DNA of 64,000 nt from Chromera velia. Its lineage: Eukaryota. This document shows positions 55,149 to 64,000 of this stretch, piece after piece; position 1 is the first letter of the stretch; the number at the start of each line of letters is the position of its first letter. A program made the position numbers and the translations under genes. The stretch spans positions 1-64,000 of the forward strand of contig JAHBMJ010000035.1 in NCBI GenBank assembly GCA_018398765.1, read 5' to 3'. The notes beneath the pieces were generated by a model that saw only the letters and a list, made by a program, of their open reading frames with translations, was not told the DNA's origin and searched no databases.

Positions 55149-58100
55149 ATGCCTGCTAAGACTTGCTTCTATGAGGTTTTGGGAGTGGACTCGAAGGCGG
55201 ACGACAATGAGATCAAGAAGGCTTACAGGAAGCTTGTGGGTTGAGTGAGAAGGCAGACAGGCAGATCGACTTCTTCAGCTAGACTCTTAAGATTCCCCAT
55301 GATCCTCTTCTCTTCACTGCTTTTCGCCCGGCTGCCTGCATTCTGCCGGCCTGCCTGCTTGAGTGCAGGCGCTCAGATGGCATCCCGACAAGAATCCAGA
55401 TAACGTGAAGCAGGCCCAGGAGGTAAGCCGTCTCTGCAATTACCGTGAAATGGCATTTGGGGCAGGATCCTGCTACTGCGCCCCGAACGTGCAGTTGCTG
55501 CCCCGTGCTCAGGCCGCAATTGACACACGCAGTCTTTAATTTCAATTTTCGATTGCATTGCTTTGTCGCAAGTTATCCTTTTCCCCACCTTTTCTGCTCG
55601 TCCTCTCAGCCGTCCCTCTTCGCCTGCGGAAACGCAATAACTTGGCATGCGGTTCCCGCATGAATTTTTTCTTTGTAGATGGACAAGAAATAAGCTTGCC
55701 ATGCGAGTCCGGCACTTGTTTTTCCTCGCTTGCCTCTCTGTCCGGTGGGTTGCAGGAGTTCCAAAAGATCTCTGAAGCCTACGAGACGCTGTCAGATCCT
55801 CAAGAGAGGGCGTGGTATGACAGCCACAAGCGAGAAATTCTCACCGGAGGTCAGTGTCTCCTAGCAGTGGGTGGGACTATCGGGGTGAGACGAAGCCCCC
55901 ACTTGGAGGAGTAAGGGGACGAATGAATGAAAGAAAAAAACGAAAGAGCCGCAGAATGAAATAACAAAAAAACAAACAAACGAACGCTGCAATAAACGAA
56001 TGGATGAATGAATGAATGAAATTCCTGTCGCCTGCCTGTCTGCAGAGGACACGAATCCAGAGGACGCCCAAGAGACGAAGCTGCATCTGTACAAATTCTT
56101 CAGGTGGGCAACGGGGTCGGGTGGGAGGCGGTCAGGGTAGAAGAAGAAAAGGGGGTGCACGTGTGGTGAGTAAGGCAGGCTTCTTTTCTTTGCAGATGAG
56201 ATCGCCAGATCATTTTTCTTTAGTAAGAAAATCGTTGCAACAGGACAGAGGGCGGGGGGGTGACACTCTTTCATTGATGGATGTCAAAAAGGAGGGATCA
56301 TCAGCAGGTGACCAAGAGATGTAAACCAAGTGGGTGCCTGGCTGTTTGCAGTCGCGAGGCTTTTGACGACTTCGGAGACGGCCCCCGTGGGTTCTTCCGC
56401 GTTTTCGATGAACTCTTCAAAGAACTCTTCAAGGAAGAAATCGAGGAGTGCGATCCGGACGAAGATGTGCCCCCCCCCGTCAGTTGAACGTTCAGACAGC
56501 AGAAACTTCTTCATGTCTTTTTTTGCTCTTCCCTCTGTCTGGCTAGAGAGAAGTCGGCCTGGCTGCCGTAGCATCTCACAAGTTGCTTGTCCATCTCTAC
56601 TCAATTGCAGCAGAGAAAAATGTGAAACCGCGGGTGAGCCAGCTCTTGTTCCGGTATTTGAGCGATGTCTATACGTGCACCCGTGTGTGTGTGTGTGTGT
56701 GTGTGTGCGTGTGTGCGTGTGAGGTCGTGCACTTTCCTGTGTTCGTATGAGATCTTTTCCCCTCACGGACTCCCTGCAGGCTGCGGAGTTTGGAAAGTCC
56801 AAAACAGACTGGAAGGTGGGTCTTCCTTCCAGCGCTCTCTCTTTCTTTCTCTCTGTCTCTCTCTGTGGCTCTTTGTATTTCTAGCGGCCTCCCCTAGTGA
56901 GCGTCGTTCTTTGCCGTTTTTCCCCGGTGTGTGTTTGATTGCACCCCTTAAGTTGCCCTGGTCTTTTTTTTTCAAATGTGCACATCGGACCTGATCAACC
57001 CGGGCCACGTGTGATCAGATTAAAGACTCATGCAAGCAATGCGCAGAAGAGAAAGCCAGTTTCATGGAGGAGAAAGAGACTTGACGGACGTGAATGATCG
57101 AGGCCAGCGAAGAATTCAGTGTATCACCCCAACCGAGAGAAAGAAAGAGAATTAGAATCCAGTCACAGGTAAAGGCCAGAAACAGCGAAGTGAGGACCAT
57201 CTGGCCTGCTCTCCGTCAGATTTTGTTTGAATATGCAGAAAGAAACACAGACAGACACATGTTCTCGTCGTGTGATGAATGAGATGTGCAGGATGTGAAT
57301 GCGTTCTACATGCACTGGTCAAACTTCGCCACTCGGAAGAGAATGACGCAATTCGACAAGTATAAACCGTCAGACGTCAGTCGCGCCTGCCAAATTCAGT
57401 GTTTATTCGACCCATCTCGGTATGTTTGCACGTTTTTCTGCAGACCATTTTTGAAAGTCAATCGTCGAGGGAGCAGAAACATGTAGTTGAGACAGGGAGA
57501 AAGAAGAGAGGATGGGCTCAAGTGGTATGAATCACAGCTGCATCTGAACGAACGAACGAACGAACTCAAATGCAAATACATATGTTGGAGGAACGTGCAG
57601 GCCCCCAACAGGCAAATCAGGCGGCGCATCGACGAAGGTCAGCAAAGGGAGGGAGCGTAGAGGGACACTGAAGACTTGCTTCCTGCCGCACTTTCGTTTT
57701 TCTTTTACCCACCACACTCCTTTTGACCTGTGATTTTATTCTCCCCTTTTCTCTGCAGAAAACGCAAATAGCCGGAAAGAGGCGAGACAGCGTCTGACTC
57801 GCCTCGTGCGGGAGTTGGTCGCTTGGGTGAAGAAGAGAGACCCCAGAGTCATTCGAAGAAAAGCAGAAGTCGCAGAAGAGCAGAGAAAGGCGAAGGAAGA
57901 AGCGGTGAGTACGCAGCATAGGAATCCGTCAGCAGATGATCAGGCGCACCTGAGACAGGAGAGCGTCTTTGACGTTCAGTGACTCTGCATCTGTCTGAGT
58001 CCCTGCATGTTCCTCTGCCTGCCTGCCCAGTAATCGGCTGTTGCTGCGTTCAGCTGTGCTTTCGGCTGTTTTTCGTTGTTCGAGTCGCTTCTAGACGACG

Positions 58101-61086
58101 AAATGTGTGGGGGCGGCTTAGCACTCGACATGCTGTGCATTGAAAGTTTTCTGTCTGACTCCCAGTCTCTGTATCTCTTTCTGTCACTCTCTGTGTGGCG
58201 GCACGTATTGAATGTGCGTCTGTCTCTGTCTGCAGCAACGCAAAAAGGAGGAGGCAGAAAAGAAGAAACGGCTCGAGGTTGGTGTCTTTCTGTCTCTCTC
58301 TCGCGCGCGTTTTCTCTGATCCTTGTGTGTGTGTGTGTGTGTGTGTGTGTTCGTTGTGTGTGTTCTGTGTGTGAAGTGGTGTGTGTGGAGGAATAGGTGA
58401 TGGAGAAAGAGTGTGCAAGGGGCTGAGAGAAGTCTGTCGGCATCTTCTCCGGGCCGTATCTTCCCTCAGGCATAAGCGCGATAAAACGTTTTTGATGGTA
58501 ACAGTTTCGCACCAGGGTCACTTGCAGTAAATGCAAAAACCGAGAAGGCCGTCATCCATTCATCCAGTCGCCGCAAACGAAAAAGTTTAACGGGATTTTG
58601 CGCAAAGAGAGTGAAAGGTCCTCTTTACACTTTTTAATGTGTTGGTTGATTTGCGGTTCTTCCTTCTGCAGCGCAAACAGGCGAGGGAAGAAGAGGAGAG
58701 GAAGTGGAAGGAATACAAAGCTGCGAAAGAGGTATGTCTTTCAGGAAAGCGCAAAGCCCAAAAGCGAAAGAAAAATAAGCAAATGGGCTCGCAGCGAACT
58801 TCAGCTGTTGGCAGGCATGTGAGAGAGCCAGGCAAAACTGTAAGCTCCGCTTCCCACCGAATCGTTTGCACATTCAGTGCCAGGAAGCAGACCCACCAGT
58901 CGGGCCCTTCCTGGTTGCCGATCACAAACTTACGTGGTCTGTTTTTTTGTCTGTACTCGTTCGGCCGGTAAGCTGGTCAGTGCAGTTTCTTGTTTTCTCT
59001 ATACACTGTGCAACTTAACTGCTCTTTTGTATCCTGCATCCCTTTCTCCGTCTTTCTCTCTGTCTCTCGCTTTCCACTGTGTGTTCTCCCTGCATCCTAG
59101 GAATGAACTTTCCGGCTATTGTTCCTCTCCCTTTGTCGTCTCTCTCAGGCTGCTGAAGCCGCTGGAGAAGAATTTGCCGCCTCTGACTATTCGTCTTTTG
59201 AGGAGGAGGAAGTCGCCCTCTTGCGGTCAGTGCATGGGGCGCTCCGAGAACGAAAACGGGAAAGGCGAGAAAAGAGCAGGGATGCCGTGTCTTATTTCAG
59301 CCAGCCTGCTCACACACGCAAACAAACGGGAACTGCTGAGAGCTCACACGCCTGGAAGTATCAGAACACACGATTGTCTCTTTCCCTCCCTCTCTCTTCC
59401 CCTCCTCTCTCTCTCTCCCTCTCGTGTTTTGACTTGTTGCAGATGCCAGGCCTGCAACAAGAACTTCAAGTCCGAAAAACAGTCAGTCAACCAAGAAGAC
59501 GGAAAGGCAGGACGATCGTCACGCTAAAGCACCCGCTTGCTTTTCTTTTTTTCTATCTTTCTTGGCTCCCTCCGTCCCTCTGCCCGTCACCCACCTGCAG
59601 CGACAAAAAAAGATATGTTTGTTTACTTGCTCGATCCAAGTACCCAGCAGCTGTGGTTCTCATCTTATGGTTCTTTTCACTTTAGCCAAGGACCAAAAAA
59701 AGGAAACGGTGCCATGCTGTACTCCATCAGTGTGCTGTACTCCTCCCATCACCATCAGCGCTGCCGTTCATTTCTGGTCTATGCATGCATGCAGGCTCGA
59801 GGCCCACACAAAGTCGAAGAAGCACGTGCAGGCCGTGAAGGCCCTCAGAAGAAAACTCGAGAAGGAGGTCAGAAAGACAGACCAGACAGAGAGCGGGCGG
59901 TTCAGACTCGGGTTTCCTTGCCAAAAATGCTCAGAGCCGGCACCCGCCCTCTCACGCTCCTATCTTTCCCGATTATACAGAGAAAGAGACAGGGAGAGGG
60001 CGAGAGGGAGACGTGGAGGGCAGGAGAGCTAGACAGGCATAGACACAAAAACACAGATCTCATGGAGAGCCGAATTGAAATGTTTTTCTGCTTGTCTGTT
60101 TAGTCCTCTGCGTGTGTTTTGTGTGTGTGTGTGTGGCTGAGTGAGTGCAGGAGAGGGAACTGCAAAAGGAGAAAGAGTTGCAGGCAGAAGAAGAAGAGGA
60201 GAGCGGGGATGGGGAGGAATTGAGTGAGGAGGAGGAGGAGGTAAACGGGAGTGTCCAGAGAAAGAATGAGGAGGAGGGGACGACGAATGGAGTGGCAGAA
60301 GAAGACGAAGTGGGAAGGGAGACAGGAACAGAGGAGGACGAGGAGGAACAGGAAGAGGAGGATTCTCCGGTTGCACGTCCGAACGCTGTAGCAGAGAATG
60401 GAGTCAGTGAAAACGAAAAAACAGCCGAGGAGGAGGAGGAGGACGAAAAGGAGGAGGAAGAGGACGACATCCCAGTGTCGTTTCTGAGAGGAAACTCGAG
60501 AAGAGATCGCAAACAGCAGCAGAAAAGAGCACGAAAAGGAAAAGGAGTCATCCGAGGTCCGATTTCTTCTTCTGATGAAGAAGAGGAGGCCGACGCCGAG
60601 GAAGACGACGAAGGTGTTGACGCACCTTCTCCTTCCGCGGCTGCCGCTGCTGATGCTCTTTTTGAGGAGAATGCTGCGAAGGAAGTTGACTGGTCTGATG
60701 ACGACAAAAAGAAAAAAAAGGGAAAGGGGGCAAAGGGAAGGGCGAAGGGAAAACAACCAGTCGCTGCAGCTGCAGCAGCATCAGCAGAAAATGCTGAGGA
60801 GGTTAGTGAGAACATTTCTCCGGCAGCAGGAGAAGACCCATTTGAGGAAGAGGACCAGCAACATGGGGGTAAGCAGAAAGGAAAGGGGAAGAAGGGAGGA
60901 GGGTCTGCACCTTCTGCAGGTGGAAGCGCTGCTACTTCTTCTCACTCCTGCTCTGTGTGTGGGGCAGCGTTTGACTCTCGCACGAAACTCTTCACGCACA
61001 TCAGGGAAAAGGGCCACGCGGCCTTGAAAACTGTCCAAGGGGGGGGGTCAGGTTCTGGAGGAAAGAAGGGGAAAAACAAAAAATGA
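55149..61086 (+). CDS. DNAJC21: DnaJ homolog subfamily C member 21 (JJJ1-like): J domain, central charged region, two C2H2 zinc fingers
   Basis: [39 protein letters not shown]...|[75 protein letters not shown]; zinc fingers [23 protein letters not shown] and [23 protein letters not shown]; stop at 61086. Confidence 0.93.
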
Positions 61087-61656
61087 CTGGATCCATTTTT
61101 TGCTTGTGAAAACATCCATTTGCGAAAGGATCTATGTCCGGCATTTGTTTTTTAATGCTACCCCAGTGCATACCTGCACAGGACTGAAAATCCATCCATT
61201 TCCGATGCACTGCCCCTCAAGTTGGTCAGCTATCGCACTCATGATCTAGCTCATGATCAACCGTCCGCTGATTCTGGTATATCAGCTCGCGAAATCGGCA
61301 CGTGTATGAAAGTCTCCTGGTACTTTCAAATTCAAAACTAGGCGATCCATTGGCCAAACTGTAGTCCAATGTGTTAAAGTTCGTATAGCATGACTCAAAG
61401 ACTACTAGTAACTCAAAGACTTAATTCATCAGTCAATCAAAAAAAGAAGAAGTTGACTCTAGGCGTGGACTTTAGTTAGTTAGTTTAGTTTATGACCCCA
61501 TGGAGAACTAACTACTAGACTAACGAACTTAACTAACTAAATAGTTTTGATCTGAACTAACCTTAAGATTTGAGCAGCGTTTGCACCTCCCCCCTCCCCT
61601 CATATCATGATGTTTGATGTCATTGCTGCTGCTGCTGCAGAAGCGGCTGCCAGTGG

Positions 61657-61938
61657 CATCTCTGAGTCGGCAAGGTATTTAAAATAGTAAAAATAGTTAA
61701 AAAAATAGTTCAAATAGTTACTATTTTTACTATTTGCTACGTCACATAGTAAAATAGTTAGAAAATAGTTAGCTATTTTTACTATTTTAATAGTAAAATA
61801 GTGCTATTTTACTATTAAAATAGTAAAAATAGCCAACTATTATGAACTATATATATTTTACTATTCGACATAGCGAATAGTAAAACTACAATAGTCACTA
61901 TTTTTACTATTTTGACGTAGCAAGCCGACTCATAGATG
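61657..61938. mobile_element. MITE-like element, 282 bp
   Basis: Terminal inverted repeats CATCT(C/A)TGAGTCGGC (14/15 match), each followed by AAAATAGTAAAAATAGT. The interior consists of AATAGT/ACTATT subrepeats. No clear TSD. Confidence 0.75.
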
Positions 61939-62127
61939 GGTCTGGACCATCTAATCCGTGTCCCTCTCTTCTTCCACCGGGAATCCACCCCTCCCCCTCC
62001 CGCTTCTCCCTACTCTAAGACTTCCCCCTCTATTAAATTCAACTGTAGCTGCAGCGGCTTCTCTTCTTCGTTTCTCGATCCTTCTTCTACCACGTCTCCC
62101 CCCCTGCCGCCTCTCCTTTGCTGCGCT

Positions 62128-62919
62128 TAGTGACCATGTTTGATTTGATTATATTTGATTTGATTTGATTTGATTTGAGCTTCAACCTCAAATATTTAAT
62201 ATTTGAGGTAAGATTTGAGGTTAACCTCTTAGGGTTCCTCACTGAGTCACTGACTTACTGTCACTCTGATCATTTTTCTCATGACAGTAGTTATCAGAAC
62301 ATTTCTGATGTATGTTTCAAAAATTTAAAAAAATATATGACTTTCCTGAATGCGACCACATGTCGAGGGTGATCGACACTCGTCGGGTCGCTGCTTTTCT
62401 CAACCTGTCTTTGATTGACAGAATAATCTCGTTCTTCAGTGTTGGGAGCAGAAGTCTCTGCACCTTCCCCACAGACGGGAGATCGTAGCGGGGGTCCAGT
62501 GCCTTGACCAGCTTTCGCAATGCCTCGTTTTCTGTGAGATGAGGCCAGCCAGCACTGGCCAGAAAGTCAGTGGTCAGCATATCGCACTTGATTCTCTTCT
62601 CATGCGTCTCTGCATATGGTGCGACCACGGCTTCTGCTTCATCTTTAATGGGGAAAAACGTTCGCACGTCAGGCTGCTTCGTCCCCCCCGCCCCCTCCGA
62701 TCGCTTCTCCTGTTAGGTTTTTCCATTTGAATCAGCATGCGTGATGGATCGGTACTTGCAAAAGTTTTTTCGGGACCTTCATATTTGAGGTTGAAAGTCA
62801 TATTGATCAAATATTTGATCGTATTTGATAGGTCCTTAAACACTAGGTCCTCCCTGACTGGATATTTGATTTGAGCTTAAGCCCTACCTCAAATCAAATC
62901 AAATCAAACATGGTTACTA
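62128..62919 (-). mobile_element. Non-autonomous hAT transposon (internal deletion derivative), 792 bp
   Basis: TIRs TAGT(G/A)ACCATGTTTGATTTGATT (22/23 match); 8-bp TSD gctgcgct / gccgcgct (7/8 match); TTTGA subterminal repeats; internal transposase fragment. Confidence 0.9.
62340..62650 (-). pseudogene. hAT/ZBED-type transposase fragment
   Basis: ENEALRKLVKALDPRYDLPS...VSITLDMWS matches the hAT region leading to the first catalytic Asp (the TxDxW motif). Confidence 0.85.
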
Positions 62920-63269
62920 GCCGCGCTCCCCCCCTAGAATGGTAAGAAGTCAATTTAAGAACAGTAGAGATTATGACCTTAAGGACTTCAAGCAGATGGT
63001 GTTGTCAACCGGTTTTCTTAATTAGAAAACGGAGACCGTAGGAGCCGACCAGAGAGCAAGGACCTAATTAAGGGGAGAACATTTTTGAGGGTGGTGACCC
63101 TCAGTCCGGGGATGAGCTTGCAGATGAAGCCCAACACCTTTCGGCCGAGCTTGCCAATCTGTTTGCTGATCAAAAAGCAGAAGGGGATCGCATTTTTCCA
63201 GCCCGTCGGCGACTTCCGCAGGCTGTAGCCCTTAAAGCTAGACTTAGCTAGTGCAAAAGCCCATGTTTC

Positions 63270-64000
63270 TAGTGACTAGATTTGATTTGAAGTAGAGCTT
63301 AACCTCAAATAAAATCTTAGGCCTGAGAAACTTTAGCATGATAGGGCCTATCAAATCCTATCAAATCTACTTCAAATCTGACTTTTTAACCTCAAATCTT
63401 CGAGGTTAATCCGTCATCCAGTCTCTCAAATGAGTCTTTGCACTTTTTTATACGAAAAAAAAAAAAGATTTCACATGAATATGAACGCCCAAACGCTTTT
63501 CTAAATGTCTGTTCAGTAAAAAAAAGGTCATCCAGTATATTTTTCAGACATTCAAGTTTTGATAGAGGGTTTAAAGTGGTTCTTTATTATGCTGTGGCAG
63601 TTTTTACGCTTCTTTCTTTGCCTTAGGCCCTTCTTCAGTCCCCTTTTATCAAACCGATGAACGATGCTAAACAATCCCATAGGTCATAACAACAAGAAGG
63701 CCGCATTAGTGTATACTGCCGGCTAGTACGCGACGAAAGTGTAGTCTGCAGAAAGAGGGAGTAATGTAATTGTATGCCAAGTTAAGATTTCGGGTGAAGA
63801 AGGATGAACTCTGAGAAGGAGAGGGAGAGACGATTTGTGGGTGTAAATATGCCGCCACTGCCAGTCTGCCACCTCCTCCTTCCAAAAACATCTTGTTGCA
63901 GCCCACACGGTCTAACCATTGTATCCGACGCACAGGATTTGCTAGTGGTGTCGACTGTGTTATGTCATCTTCAGTGTAGCTATCATTGTCTGTCAAGAGT
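63270..64000. mobile_element. One end of a second, related hAT-like element; the other end is not visible
   Basis: Begins TAGTGACTAGATTTGATTTGA...GAGCTTAACCTCAAATA, resembling the terminus at 62128, with TCAAAT subrepeats. Confidence 0.55.

Noticed and set aside
60060..60815. Ser-rich and Leu/Phe-rich minus-strand ORFs
   Set aside because: Antisense shadows of the acidic last exon of DNAJC21
62940..63240. Coding-like stretch between the hAT elements
   Set aside because: Interrupted by stops and no family recognisable

Overview
Eukaryotic nuclear DNA, not prokaryotic. It has GC-rich exons, many GT-AG introns filled with microsatellites ((CA)n, (GA)n, (ACTG)n, (TTTC)n), frequent TGCATGCA motifs and AT-rich blocks behind gene 3' ends. 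The style suggests a chromerid/apicomplexan-lineage alveolate such as Chromera velia (inference only). Genes assembled by hand from splice sites and reading frames, in order: 3' part of an unknown gene (+); a multi-exon secreted/membrane protein (-); a long-ORF GT18/MGAT5-like glycosyltransferase (+); an AGC kinase (-); an ankyrin protein with one repeat per 99-nt exon (+); an LRR plus EF-hand protein (+); a possible small unknown gene (-); a tandem PD-(D/E)XK homing-endonuclease-like nuclease with an organellar-presequence-like leader (-); SCAPER (-) head-to-head with DNAJC21/JJJ1 (+); and a cluster of hAT/MITE transposon remnants at the right end. There are two N-gaps. Most short ORFs in the track are microsatellite or antisense artefacts. 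The best novelty candidates are the tandem nuclease with its nearby repeat array, the GT18-like enzyme, the secreted protein with a hydrophobic tail, a shared GC-rich upstream element, and (GTCA)n/(CTGA)n repeats anchored at splice sites. No database searches were run; family calls come from motif recognition.
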